A stretch of 63,672 bases of DNA, filler included, from Octopus bimaculoides (lineage: Eukaryota), in the NCBI RefSeq assembly GCF_001194135.2. It is 3 parts of 3 records of this genome, joined end to end, with 100 filler letters (N's around TTAATTAATTAA, not from the genome) between each part and the next. Parts side by side here need not be neighbours in the genome. Positions count along the whole stretch, not along the records: positions 30,417 to 60,701 come from NC_069000.1; 2 more parts are not named here. One strand, given 5' to 3'. The first letter of the stretch is position 1; each line of letters begins with the position of its first letter. The translations under genes and the position numbers were made by a program. Positions 38,931 to 52,576 of this stretch are shown piece after piece. The notes below the pieces were generated by a model. That model ran no database searches and was not told the DNA's origin. It worked only from the letters and a program-made list of their open reading frames with translations.

Positions 38931-39170
38931 CCCTTTTGTTACCCTTTTGTTATTAACCTCTTTGTATTAACCGTTCTGTTGAGATACTCTGTGTTTCTTT
39001 CAATTAAGTTTAAATATAACAAAGGATTTAGTAAAATAACTTAGTTATCATTAAGCTAATGTTTGGAACATAAATTGTGACTAAGATTTGGTGGAAGATT
39101 TTAATTCAGAACATTTGAAAACAAGACATTTGTACTATAGAGCCAGAGGCAGTTTCAGGTATCAAAAGGG
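38931..39170. mobile_element. piggyBac-type MITE, second copy (inverted relative to 25928)
   Basis: TTAA-CCCTTTTG...CAAAAGGG-TTAA. Interior is the reverse complement of 25928-26127. Confidence 0.85.
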
Positions 39171-39784
39171 TTAAAGTAAGCATTTGTGAATAAAATTGGA
39201 TGAGAATTACAATACAGGATACATATATCTGCGGAACACTTTGTCACTTACATGATAATAGGTATTCCACTTGACTACCTATTATACATGGAAGTTCATT
39301 TGATCAACTAAACAGAAAACTCAATGGCAAAACAGATGGAGAATCTACTTAAATGTTTGTGTATATGTATCTGATTTGCATTGGCTTCTTATGTTCGATA
39401 TGTATCTTTTATGTCTGCATCTGCACTAAGTTTGACTGCATGATAGTATGGGGAAGAACAATATCTGAGTAATAGAGCATGTAAAAAAGTGAAGTTATAA
39501 TTTGCAATCGTGAGGTCTTGTGATTCATCCAATTGCATTGTGTGAAATTAGGTGACAGAACCTATGTGGAATTCCGTCACATGGATTATATCTATAATTC
39601 AGTGGTCCAACCTTGCTATGCATTGTTTAATGCTGATACTGTTTGAGAATTACGTGTGTCTGAGGATTACTCAATCACTTACAACATTAATTTAGGGAGT
39701 TGGACTTTCAGTTTTTTTAATCAATTGACTCCCTTTAAAGGACAATGTGATCTTGTGCCACAATGAATTACTACTACTACTATG

Positions 39785-39930
39785 GTGGTAAGCTGACAGA
39801 ATCATTAGCATGCCAGGCAAAATGCTTAGTTGCATTTCATCCATTCTTACGTTCTGAGTTCAAATTCTGCTGAGGTCAACTTTACCTTTCATCCATTTGG
39901 GGTTGATAAAATAAGTATCAGTTGAGCAAA
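39785..39930 (+). mobile_element. SINE (25073 family), 5' part
   Basis: Similarity to 25073-25325. Confidence 0.65.
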
Positions 39931-40183
39931 TCCATCAGCAGTAGCAACTGACTTGGTAGAATAAATTTACTATAAAAAATAATTGCTACTCAGGGAATAT
40001 CCCAACCTCACTCTCTCTCTTCTTGCCCCCTGTTTATCTCCCTCCAACATGCACAAACATAAATATGCACACAGAAGATAACATGGCTCTACTCCCATCT
40101 GAAACAGTGCCTTCCAACCAAACATCAGGTGATAAAAGAGGTAGGGGTCAAGAAAAGGTAGCTGACATTTCTTTCCAACCAAC

Positions 40184-43075
40184 ATGGCAGTCTTAAGAAT
40201 AGGTAGCATAAATGAATGTGATCTGGAAGCAGGGGTGCCAGCTCAATGACTACAAGTTGCTAGGTTTTGAAGTGATAGCCATCTGGGAGACCAGGAAGTC
40301 TCAACACACAAGCCTTAGCAGTCATTTTTGGCAATTTTGAGACCTACACATATCTTAATCTTACTTGGGTCGAAATGAAGGAGGGATGGTGATGCTGTTT
40401 CAGAAAGACCCGAGCCTTGAGATATGGTTAATCTTTCTGGATCCAAATGGTAACTTGGTGGAACAGGAGTGAAGGTGGTTCTTTTAGACTAATTACTATG
40501 TATGCCCTGATTGGTGTGCAGTGATCACTCTTAATTGCCTGTGTGTAATTGGAATGCCATCTTGGATGCACATTTAAATTGCATGGGGCTAGTTCATAGG
40601 AGAAGTCGATGATAAAGCCCCACAAACCAATGGAGTTTTGGATCAGAATGCCCTCATAAGTTGGACTGTCTCCATTTTGACAGGGATTTTGCCAGTTTTT
40701 TTTCACCACATCATCTTTTTATGAAAAAAGATTTTTGGAAATTTGATTTTTTTTTTTTGCCTCATCCCCCTCTCTACCCCGCTCTCTTCGGACTGATTTT
40801 GGCCAATTTTTTGATACTATGAACTTATAATCATAGGAGAAGCCTTTTCAGTGAAAAACAAAATTTGTAAATATTTTCAAACAAAAAAGTGTGTGATTTA
40901 AAGGAGATTTGACAGCTGTTTCTTACACATACCACAACTGCCTTCCTTGTTTCTTCGTCACATGTATTGGTATTTTTCTCCCCATAAACATGTGGAAGTA
41001 ACACATGTGTGGTCCATTGCTAGGATATAAGCAAAAAAATTACAATTTTAGATTTTTAAGCCCCCACCAACCAAATGCNNNNNNNNNNNNNNNNNNNNNN
41101 NNNNNNNNNNNNTACTCCTTTTTTAAATCACTGTGGATAAATCTCAGCAATGTCCTGAGCTCGCCAATATTTTAAAATTATCAACAGAAACAATATAACG
41201 GGATAGGGAGTTTGAAAAGTCATTAAATTTTCAAATTTTTTTTAATAACATAAATTTTTATGGAGAGAAAACTATTGAAAAACATCAATACATGTGAGAA
41301 TGACAAATGAGGAAAGTAGTCATGGGATGTGCTAAAAACAACAGCCAAATTTCCCTTAAATAACACACCTTTTTGTCTGAAAATATTTACAATTTCTTTT
41401 TTTTTTTTTACTGAAAAGGATTGTTTTTAAGTGTGCAGTGTTCAAAAAAGGTGGAGAGAGGGGTGGGGTGAAAAAAATTATAAATTTTCCAAAATATTTT
41501 TTCGTGAAAAGATATCCTCCATTTCAAAGGCTGACATTAAAAAAAAAAATGGAAAAATCCCAGTCAAAATGGAGAAAATCCAACTTATGTGGGTGTCCTA
41601 ATCCGAAACTGCTTGGTCGTTTCTGTCTGGCTGACAGGTACTGATTGGATTTCTTGAACGAGCCAACGGGACATGGGCAAACAGCATCAGATGATCCAGA
41701 TCACATCTAGTTACAGTATTATGTAGGCCAGTAGTTAGGCATATCATAAGTTTGTCCACAATTCAAAGTTGTCAGCTACACAGACCACAAATTTGTGACC
41801 TTACAATCAACTTAGACAGGTTGCATTGACAGAGACCAGATTAGTGGAAACTGAATACCTCACTCCCAGCATACCAAGCTTACTTAGAGTGGATTAGAGA
41901 ACTAGTTCAGAGGGAATTGAGGGGGAGTAATTGTCAACAACTGATAGTGGTTAGCCATGAAAAGGGCTATCAGATTAGAATCAGTTATGTTTAGTAAGGA
42001 AATACTGATAAAATATACAGGAAGCAATAGTGAGCTGTACAATGGAGAAGTCATTGTGGCTGGATGGTTTGATCTTTGAGCTTTATCACCATATGCCAGT
42101 CTTATTCAGGGCCTTTAGCAGATGTCTGCTGCAGCAGACAGCAGAATGGGACAACCCCGCCCCCCCAGTCCTGCAAAAAAGCTGTGGTGGCACTGTTGAG
42201 AAAGGACTCACACAAGTGGGATTTTAACCATTTCAGTAATGCAAAGTTAAAGATTTTGGCCAAGATGTTAGCAAACAGGTTGAAGCTAGTCCTTGCTACT
42301 TTAGTGTGTGAGGCAAAAATATGTTATCAAAAACACACCTATCCCTGACAACCTCTACCTCATGAAATACGTCATAGGAGGGGTAGGTAAAGAACTGTCA
42401 TGGTCTTGATCAATTTATATTAGCTTTTGATGAGGTCGGTCACAAATATTTGGCAGTTGTTACCTAGACAGCTAGTTTTAGTCTTGGCTAACTATTGGAA
42501 TTGCTCAATATCATACTCTCTCCACTTCTGCATGTACTGGTTCAAGAATCAATACTGCAAAAGTTGGAGGTTTTGAAGGTCATCTCACAAGAACTATGAT
42601 GCAGAAGAGCTATGTTTGCATATGCAGACAACATCACTATAATAGCGTTGGATGCCAAGCGCACTGAGATTGTCAGCATTGCTCTAAGAGAAAAGGAGGT
42701 AGCAAGAGTAGTAAAATAGACCAGGAGAAATCATTGGCACGTGGAGAAGCAGGTCCAAACTGTTCAGCAGCATCATTGGTTGCTGGACAGACAGATTGGT
42801 AATGTTGATCAAACCGGTTAAAAACCTTAGTTTAGTCTAGATGTCCAGAAGGACAAGAACTGAGAACAGGTGATGAACAGGGTAGATAATCTCACCCAGA
42901 AATGGGCTGAGAAAAAACAAACTATCACTGACAGCATGAGCAGAGGTGGAAAATGCCTTCATTGCATCCACCATCTACTATCACCTAACTGTCATACCTT
43001 GATCTGTGGAGAACTGGATATGCTGTGGTTAATATGTGCTGCAACCACAACATCTCCAGCATTTCTTTGACTGTG
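40184..43075 (+). mobile_element. Decayed Tx1/L1-like LINE ORF2 (APE + RT), split by a foldback element
   Basis: MAVLRIGSIN..., IAIWET, NWNAILD, WKLNTSL, KILAKMLANRLK.VL, FAYADNITI. Many stops and frameshifts. Confidence 0.75.
40634..41610. mobile_element. Long-TIR foldback/MITE (~290-bp imperfect arms)
   Basis: 40634-~40935 is the reverse complement of ~41325-41610 (e.g. cataagttggactgtctccattttgac / gtcaaaatggagaaaatccaacttatg). Confidence 0.85.
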
Positions 43076-43084
43076 AACAAGTAT

Positions 43085-43300
43085 GGGAAAACAGAATTGG
43101 GTCTATCTAGATATGATCCCTATCTATTGGCCTTCATAAGACAGGGATAACATACATTGTCCACAATTCAAAGTGTTTGGCTGCACAGAATGCAAATTTG
43201 TGATTTGTGCAGTTGAACTGCATAGACTTCATAGACAGGGACTCAGCTGATGAAAGCTGAACGCACCAAGATTTTATTGATAAAGCTAAGGCACGAGCTC
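43085..43300 (+). mobile_element. Second Tx1-like APE C-terminal fragment
   Basis: Paralogous to 41700-41870 (ttgtccacaattcaaag...aaatttgtga...aactgaa). Confidence 0.55.
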
Positions 43301-43419
43301 TAAGACATGAACAAACAAAGGCTGTTTGATGGATCTGGATGACAGAGGTACTATGTGGTAACAAAGCCACAATATGTGATGGACTAGGATAAGTACATAG
43401 TATTTGATTCCAAGTAGCT

Positions 43420-44910
43420 GTGCCTCTGTACTTGGCTTTTATTGACTTGGAGAAAGCTTTTGACAGGGTACCCCAATCCTTTATCTGGTGATCAGTGCGG
43501 AAACTGGGGATATACAAGTGGTTAGTAAGAGCTGTACAAGCTCTGTACAGGGATGCTGTCAGTAAGGTGAGGGTTGGCAATGAGTATAGGGAAGAATTCC
43601 AGGTAGAAGTAGAGGTTCACCAAGGATCAGTCCTCAACCCCTCTTATTCATCATAGTCCTCCAGGCAATAACACAGGAATTCAAGACAGGCTGCCCCTGG
43701 GAACTCCTCTATGCTGATGACCTTGTTCTAATAGCCAAGTCACTGCCAGAACTAGAGACGAAGTTTAGGGTCTGGAAGCAAGGTCTAGAATCGAAGGGCT
43801 TTAGGGTTAACCTAGCAAAAACCAACGTCTTAGTAAGTAGGAAGGCTGACAAATCACAAACCCCTTCAGGTAGATGGCCCTGCTCAATCTGTAGAAAAGG
43901 CGTGGGTAGAAACTCCATAAGATGTACCTAGTGTAAGCTATGGACACATAAAAGGTGCAGCAATATCAAAGGAAGGTTAACCTGGAAGATAGTTTTGTGT
44001 GTGGAAAATGCACAGGGGCAATAAACACTGAAGATGTACAGAAAACAGATTCCATCACATGCCAGGGGGAAAACTAGAAGTAGTTAATAGCTTCCGCGAC
44101 CAAGTCTGTAGTGGGGGTGGTTGTTCTGAGAGTGTAGCGGCTAGAATAAGAATAGCCTGGGCAAAGTTCAGGGAGCCCCTACCTCTGCTGGCAACTAAGG
44201 GCCTCTCACTAACCTGGGTAAAGTTCAGGGAGCCCCTACCTCTGCTAAGGGCCTCTCACTCAGGTAGACTGTATGATGCATGTGTGCAAACTGCCATGCT
44301 ACACAGCAGTGAAACATGGGCCATGATTGCTGAGGACATGTGTAGGCTTGAAAGAAATGAAGCTAGTATGATCCGCTGGAGGTGTAATGTCAGTGTGCAT
44401 ACACAACAGAGTTTAAGTGCCCTGAGAGGAAAGTTGGACAAAAGAAGCATCAAATGTGGTGTGGAAGGTAGACCTAGGAAGACATGGGATGAAGTAGTGA
44501 AGTATGACCTTCGAACATTGGGCCTCACAGAAGCAATGACAGGAGACTGAGACCTTTAGAGATTGAAAAGGCTGTGATTGAGAAGGCCTGGCAACTAAAG
44601 TGAGATTGCAGCCATGGCCAATGACGGTGTTGCGTATCCGGCCCATTTAAAAGTACCCTTGATGTGTGGAGTAATAGATATGATATACTTGAGAAAACCT
44701 GCTGAATCAAGAAAAACCAAAATCGTAGCTGTGGCCAGTGCCCACTGACTGGTTCCCATTCCGGTGGCATGTAAGATGCATCATCTGAACATGGTCGATG
44801 CCAGAGTCCCCTGACTGGCTCCCATGCCAGTGGCACATAAAAAGCACCCTCCAAACATGGTTGATGCCAGTATGCCCTGACTGGCTCTTGTGCCAGTTGC
44901 GAGTAAAAAT
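43420..44910 (+). mobile_element. RTE LINE RT/C-terminal region with subrepeat-rich 3' UTR
   Basis: [45 protein letters not shown]. Confidence 0.92.
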
Positions 44911-44917
44911 CTTCTGG

Positions 44918-46963
44918 GACCTCCCTGTAAATCTTTTCTGTTAAAATGTGAATGGTTTTTCTGCCAGTACAAATAAGTCATCAGAGAAATTTTTTAAAAA
45001 ATTTAAAAAGATTTTTCCTGAAGTTTTGTCTGATGAATTAGGTCTGTGCACCTAAACAAAGACGAAGTTTCAAGTAAAAGAAAATATTATACTGGTATGT
45101 AAACCAAAACGAACTGTACCTTTTGCAGCATTAAAACAAGTCAATGAAGAATAAGATAGACTTGAAAAGTATTATCGGAAAAGCATTATTGAAAAAAACT
45201 GATTATGCTGAATGGGCATCCCCAACAGTTTATGTCAAGAAAGCAGAAACAATAAAAATTGGGTATGCGTGGATTTTTCAACTAGTTTAAATGAGTGTTT
45301 GATGACACATAATTACATGCTACCAAGTCTGAAAAAGTTTTTTGCAAAGTTGAATAGAGGAAAATTTTTCTCAAAGTTGAACCTATCTGAAGCATACCTG
45401 CAGGTACAAGTTGAGGAGAGGATTATATAAATTTAATAGATTTCCTTTTGGTATAAAGGTAGCACCAGGTATTTTCCAACAAGTCATGGACACTATATTT
45501 GCAGGTTTGGATTTTGCAATAGCTGACCTTGATGACATATTCATAAAAAGTGATCCAGGGATCAGCATGTCAAGCATGTGAAGTGTGTTTGAGGGAATAG
45601 GAGAATACGGCTTTACTTTGAGTAAGAAGTGTAAATTTTTCTTACTTAAAATAAAATATTTAGGATAAATCATTGACAAAAATGGACGTTGACCAGATCG
45701 ATTGAGGGCAGACGTGATTAACAGTATGCCCCCTCCAACAAATATATCTACCTTACAAGCTTTTTGGGGACTGGCAAACTATTGTCAAAATTATATTCCA
45801 AATATGCATAAGGTAAGAGCTCCACTAAATAATGTACCAAAAAAGATGTAAAGTGGAATTGGTCTGAAAATTTTCAGAAAGTATTTGATGAAATTAAAAA
45901 AACATTAACATCTAATTTGTCCTTAGCACATTTTCATCCTGCAGAGGGGATTGTAGTAACTTCAGATGCCTCTGATTACAGTATTGGAGCAGTAATTCTG
46001 CATAAATATAAAGATGATAACATGAAGGCTGTAGTTCATGCTTCACATTCTCTGCTACCAGCAGAGAAAAATTACAGACAAAAAAAAAGGGGCTCTAGTA
46101 ATTATTGTTGCTGTAAAAAAATTTCATAGATTTTTACACAGTAGAAATTTTTGGTTACATTCTGATCATTGTCCATTATTATCCATATATGGGTCAAAGA
46201 AAGGAATCCCTACCCGTTCTACTATTAGGTTGCAATGCTGAGGTACTATATTACTAAACTATGATTTTAGGATGGAGTATATACCATCTAAGAAACTAGG
46301 ACATGCTGATTATTTATCAAGACTGATTTCAAAAAATGCTGAACCACTTGAAGATATTGTGATTGCTACATTACAAGCGTAAAATGAAATTAAAAATGTT
46401 TGTGTAATGTCATACATGAACTACCAGTTACATTACAAGACAAAATTAAAAGCAGAAAATGGTCAATTCATTAGAAAAATGAAAGAAATGCTGATGGCTA
46501 AAAGAGATAAAAATATACATTTTTCTGAATACCACACAAATTCAAACCCATTCTCAATGTGTGACAATATGTTGATGTACACACAAAGAGTCATAGTGCC
46601 AACCACCACTACAGAAGCGATTACTAAAGGAATTTCATATTGGTCACCCAGGGATTTCAAGAATGAAATCATTAATGAGAAGTTATGTATATTGGCCAAC
46701 AATAGATCATGACATTGAAGAACGAGTGAAAGCAGGCAGCGGCTGTGCTCTCGCTGCAAAAGCACCTACCATTAAACGGCAACCATGGCCAAAAGCAGAT
46801 ATTGCATGGTCCAGACTGCATGTTTATTATGCAGGTCCACTGTTGTGGTGGACAGTTTTTTAAAGTGGCCTGAAGTGCACAAGTGTAAAAAGCCAACATC
46901 TGCAGTTACAGTAAGTTTTTTACATGAATTGTTCACCAGATATGGTATTCCTTGGTACCATTG
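44918..46963 (+). mobile_element. Gypsy/Ty3 pol (RT-RNaseH-integrase N-part), decayed
   Basis: KPKRTVPFAAL, CVDFSTSLN, KLNLSEAYLQV, LAHFHP..IVVTSDAS, MKSLMRSYVYWP, LHELFTRYGIP. Confidence 0.9.
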
Positions 46964-49480
46964 CTGCTCAATAAAGAGAATGAATGGGAGAAAGAGAGCC
47001 TGCCGTATGTTGACCCAACAGAGGGACCAGCTATCCGAGCTGACAGTACCATGGTAGATAAAGCAATTAAGAGTATGACGACAGGGAAAGCCCCCGGCCC
47101 ATCAGAAATCACTGCAGAGATGCTCAAAATATCTGGCAGTGTCGGCTATAGCCTAGTCACTCGTATTAGAACCAGGTGATACACGAAGGAGTCCTACCCA
47201 ATGACTGGTGTAGCAGCACAATAGTCAACTGCTACAAAGGTAAAGGTGATGCTTTAGATACAAATAATTACAGAGGTATCAAGCTGTTAGATCAGGTAAT
47301 GAAAGTCANNNNNNNNNNNNNNNNNNNNNNNNNNNNNNNNNNNNNNNNNNNNNNNNNNNNNNNNNNNNNNNNNNNNNNNNNNNNNNNNNNNNNNNNNNNN
47401 NNNNNNNNNNNNNNNNNNNNNNNNNNNNNNNNNNNNNNNNNNNNNNNNNNNNNNNNNNNNNNNNNNNNNNNNNNNNNNNNNNNNNNNNNNNNNNNNNNNN
47501 NNNNNNNNNNNNNNNNNNNNNNNNNNNNNNNNNNNNNNNNNNNNNNNNNNNNNNNNNNNNNNNNNNNNNNNNNNNNNNNNNNNNNNNNNNNNNNNNNNNN
47601 NNNNNNNNNNNNNNNNNNNNNNNNNNNNNNNNNNNNNNNNNNNNNNNNNNNNNNNNNNNNNNNNNNNNNNNNNNNNNNNNNNNNNNNNNNNNNNNNNNNN
47701 NNNNNNNNNNNNNNNNNNNNNNNNNNNNNNNNNNNNNNNNNNNNNNNNNNNNNNNNNNNNNNNNNNNNNNNNNNNNNNNNNNNNNNNNNNNNNNNNNNNN
47801 NNNNNNNNNNNNNNNNNNNNNNNNNNNNNNNNNNNNNNNNNNNNNNNNNNNNNNNNNNNNNNNNNNNNNNNNNNNNNNNNNNNNNNNNNNNNNNNNNNNN
47901 NNNNNNNNNNNNNNNNNNNNNNNNNNNNNNNNNNNNNNNNNNNNNNNNNNNNNNNNNNNNNNNNNNNNNNNNNNNNNNNNNNNNNNNNNNNNNNNNNAGA
48001 GGAGAAGTTTCAGGTGTGGAAGCAGGGACTAGAATCGAAGGGCCTTAGAGTCAATCTAGCTAAAACCAAAGTCCTAATAAGTAGGAAGGTAGATAAAACA
48101 CAAACCTCTTCAGGTAGATGGCCCTGCTCAATATGTAGAAAAGGAGTAGGTAGTAACTCTATAAGATGTACCCAGTGCAAGCTATGGACACATAAGAGGT
48201 GCAGCAATATCAAAGGCAGGTTAACTAGAGGAATTTAGTTTTTGTATGTGGCAGATGTTCAGGTGCAATAAACACTGTAAACAAACAGGAAACAACTTCT
48301 ATCTCATTCCAGGGAGAAAAACTAGAGGTGGTTGATAGCTTCTGCTATCTTGGTGACCAAGTTAGTAGTGGGGGTGGGTGTGCTGAAAGTGTAGCTGCTA
48401 GAATAAAGATAGCCTGGGCAAGGTTCAGAGAGCTCTTACCTCTGCTGGCGACAAAGGGACTCTCACTCAGAGTAAAAGGCAGACTGTATGACGCATGTGT
48501 ACGAACAGCCATGCTACATGGCAGTGAAACATGTGCTGTGACTGCTGAGGACATGCATAAGCTCGCAAGGAATGAAGCCAGTATACTCCGATGGATGAGT
48601 AATGTCAGTGTGCATACCCGACAAAGTGTAAGTATCTTGAGAGAAAAGCTGAACANNNNNNNNNNNNNNNNNNNNNNNNNNNNNNNNNNNNNNNNNNNNN
48701 NNNNNNNNNNNNNNNNNNNNNNNNNNNNNNNNNNNNNNNNNNNNNNNNNNNNNNNNNNNNNNNNNNNNNNNNNNNNNNNNNNNNNNNNNNNNNNNNNNNN
48801 NNNNNNNNNNNNNNNNNNNNNNNNNNNNNNNNNNNNNNNNNNNNNNNNNNNNNNNNNNNNNNNNNNNNNNNNNNNNNNNNNNNNNNNNNNNNNNNNNNNN
48901 NNNNNNNNNNNNNNNNNNNNNNNNNNNNNNNNNNNNNNNNNNNNNNNNNNNNNNNNNNNNNNNNNNNNNNNNNNNNNNNNNNNNNNNNNNNNNNNNNNNN
49001 NNNNNNNNNNNNNNNNNNNNNNNNNNNNNNNNNNNNNNNNNNNNNNNNNNNNNNNNNNNNNNNNNNNNNNNNNNNNNNNNNNNNNNNNNNNNNNNNNNNN
49101 NNNNNNNNNNNNNNNNNNNNNNNNNNNNNNNNNNNNNNNNNNNNNNNNNNNNNNNNNNNNNNNNNNNNNNNNNNNNNNNNNNNNNNNNNNNNNNNNNNNN
49201 NNNNNNNNNNNNNNNNNNNNNNNNNNNNNNNNGTGGCACATAAAATACACCATTTTGAGCATGGCCATTGCCAGTACCGCCTGACTGGCCTTCGTGCGGG
49301 TGACACGTAAAAGCACCTACTACACTCTCTGAGTGGTTGGTGTTAGGAAGGGCATCCAGCTGTAGAAACTCTGCCAAATCAGATTGGAGCCTGGTGTTGC
49401 CATCTGGTTTCACCAGTCCTTAGTCAAATCATCCAACCCATGCTAGCATGGAAAGCGGACATTAAATGATGATGATGATG
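46964..49480 (+). mobile_element. RTE LINE nested in the Gypsy integrase (two internal N gaps)
   Basis: AIKSMTTGKAPGPSEITAEMLK, YRGIKLLDQVMKV, RTE C-terminus, and (GAT)n tail at 49468-49480. Confidence 0.9.
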
Positions 49481-50330
49481 TGTCTGATAATGGAACTCAA
49501 TTTACTTCAGACAAGTTCAAAAAATTTTGTAAAATGTTTGTTATCAAACATGTGACCACTGCAATATCATCCTAGGTCAAATGGAGAAGTGGAGCATTTT
49601 GTTGACATTGTTAAGAAGGCTTTAAAAAGGGTGAACAATGAAGTAATGGACGACCTTGCACTTCAACAATTTCTAAGAGTGTACTGAATAACACCTGATC
49701 TGAATTCCCTGTCTTGAATGTCACCTGCTGAATTGATGTTTGCTAGAAAGATCAAATCCGTCTTTGATAAGCTGATACTGAGTGAAAATAGAAAAAAGGT
49801 GGACAACAAATATACAAGTTAGGCAACAGAGTTTTTTTTTAAACCTATAGATATGGTAAAGAAAGCTGGGAGGACAGTGTAATTATTAAACAGATTGGAA
49901 GAATGTTATTCCTGGTAAAAGGAAAAATGTCAAACATAAAAGACATATAAACCAACTTAAGAAAGATTTATGAAAGATACAGTTATGAAAGATGAAATTC
50001 CCATGGAAGTAAAATACAATACTTTTGAGGTACCAACACCCAAACAAATTGAAACTACACATTCAAGAACCGGAAAAAGGAAAAGAACGAAAACACTGGT
50101 ATTAAACCCTAATTAAACCTCTGGACAGTGTTTAATTCCCAAAAAGGGGAGAAGTTATGGGAGACTAACTCTCAAAAGCGGGGATGTGGAAGGGTTCCGA
50201 CCACCCCCATGTGACTAAAAGTGGACTGATGCATTTCAATAAAATAAAGAACTGTCAAGCTGACAGGAGCAATTGATTGTGAGCCATTGATAGAATGCGT
50301 TGAGTCTTGTGTACCTGTAATTGTAGTGCA
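49481..50330 (+). mobile_element. Gypsy integrase C-part, PPT and probable 3' LTR remnant
   Basis: Resumes at VSDNGTQFTS. Purine tracts at 50141-50154 and 50174-50184, the second followed by TG. AATAAA downstream. LTR end unclear. Confidence 0.75.
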
Positions 50331-50449
50331 TCATATATTTCTTTCCCCTGATTCATTGCAATAAAATTATTATTATTATTTCATATACACACAACAGATT
50401 AGACTGTGAAAAAAGAAAAATTCCTAACATCGGACTACAGCAAGTAACC

Positions 50450-50800
50450 TTAAATACCAAGAACTCTTAGTATTAAAAGAATACTTAGTATTCTAGCTAT
50501 CTTTAATAACAGTTTTCTGGAACTGTACTAAACTAGGTTTTATACCAATTTCTTCTATCCATCTGTTCAAATCTTTAGGGATGGTTCCTAATGCACCTAT
50601 AACTACAGATACATTTTACCTGCACTTTCCATAGTCTCTGTAATTCAGTGGCTAGGTCCTGGTACTTTGCTAGTTTCTCTATACCTCTCATATTGACTTT
50701 GGCACCTTCTATTCTCTTTATCTACTTCTACTAAATCAGGCCTTCTAGCTTCTATTACTCTGTCTGTCTGAATGTTAAAGTCCCACAACATCTTGAAATT
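50450..50800 (-). mobile_element. R4/Dong-like LINE RLE-endonuclease 3' fragment
   Basis: MLWDFNIQTDRVIEARRPDLV.VDKE is a PD-(D/E)xK RLE motif. Confidence 0.75.
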
Positions 50801-50894
50801 AAGAAAAAAAAAGGAATAAAAAAAAGAAAGAGAAAGAAAAGAGAAATGCAAGAAATAGAAAAAAAAAAGATACTATCATTATTAGTATTATTAA

Positions 50895-51290
50895 GGGGCT
50901 AGCTGGCAGAATCGTTAACACACTAGGTGAAATGCTTAGCGGTATTTCACCTGCTGCTACGTTCTGAGTTCAAATTTCACCAAGGTTGACTTTGTCTTTC
51001 ATCCTTTCAGGGTTTATTAAATAAGTACCAGTTATGCACTGGGGGTCGATGTAATCAACTTAATCCCTTCCCCCAAATTTGAGGCCTTGTGCTTCCAGCA
51101 GAAAGGATTATTATTATTGTTGTTATTATTAAGGCAATGAGCTGGCAGAATTGTTAACAAACCTGGCAAAATGCTGAGTGGCATTTCATCTATCTTTACA
51201 TTCTGACTGCAAATTCTGCCTTTTATCCATTTGGGGTTGATAAAATAAATACCAGTTAAACACTAGAGTTGATGTAATTGACTTATCCCT
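50895..51290 (+). mobile_element. Two tandem SINEs (25073 family)
   Basis: Both start gagctggcagaat.gttaac and share the family core. Confidence 0.7.
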
Positions 51291-51294
51291 TTCA

Positions 51295-51850
51295 AGATGC
51301 ATGCAGAGTGATGAAGCCATACTGCACAAACTCATGCAATGTCCAAAAGATGTGGTGGATGAAATTGAAAGGATTAAAGAAAGATATCTTCCAATTTGGT
51401 CAAGCCTTTGTTGATTTTTTAAAGTTCTACTTGGAAAGGAAAGTGAGTGCTGAGAGGAAAGTGCTACCCGTCAGTGAATTTGTGGAAAGAAGGGTAACTA
51501 TGGTAAAAATGGTTAAGGTGAATGGCCCTACTCTAAGCATGCACCTCTAGATTGGAGAACAGCAGTTGGGCAATGGCTTGTGCCTTTGATGGTCAAAGTA
51601 ATCCTGGATTTGTGGGGTTCCATGATTGGCTCTAGTTGGAGTTTCTCCTATATCAAGAAGACTGCATCATACATGTTGTTACATACTTTGTATACAATGT
51701 ATACTTTTATCATATTTCATTGTCTTTTCATATCATTCTTCTCATTTTTTGTGTAACCCCACCACACACAAATTGTTGACCGTCCTTGTGATGTTTGTCT
51801 CACCTATGTTCCTGTGGCTAATAAAGAAATTATTATTATTATTATTATTA
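51295..51850 (+). mobile_element. Tx1-like LINE 3' end (CCHC finger, AATAAA, (TTA)n tail)
   Basis: RCMQSDEAILHKLMQCP and FLKFYLERKVSAERKVL, then AATAAA plus (tta)n. Confidence 0.65.
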
Positions 51851-52576
51851 TGTCTATATCTGTTGTTATGCTGCTGGTAAAAATATTTGTTAATTATGCA
51901 CATACCTTCTTTTAATAGTAAACTGTTATATAGTAAAAGTCTTGTTAGATACTATGGTGACAACAGCCTGCCTATCTATCTATCTTTCACACACACACAC
52001 ACTCTCTCTCTCCCCTTCTCTCTCACTGTATTTCTCTCTCAACAACAACAACCTGCTTTTTCTTGAGACAAATTTTAATCTTTCACACACATACATGCAC
52101 ACACTTTCTTTCTCAACAACACTAACAAAAAATATCTGTCATTATAGTAAAAGTCTTTTTTTTAAATTATGTGTTGCATTGTCTCAATGTTGAAAGACAT
52201 ACAGAAACACACACACATGTAGAAATACACACACAAACAACCATAAAAATACCTACATTGTTATATAGAAAAAGTCATTTTTTAAAAAGATGTTTTGCAT
52301 TGTGTTGACAGAATTGCATTTAAAATTCTTGCATTTTTAATCAAATTTTGTTAGTTACTATGGTTACAACACCAACTGTCTATTTATCCATCTTTCACAC
52401 ATACACACACACACACACACTCTCTCTCTCACTGTATTTCTATTTCAGCAACAACTTTTTCTTCTCCTCTTCTAAAAATACATTGTGATGTATATTTTGA
52501 TTCCTCCCCTTCTTTCTCTCCCTTTAATAGATGTTGTAACAGAGAGACAGAGATCTGCTTCTCTTTTATAAGATCA

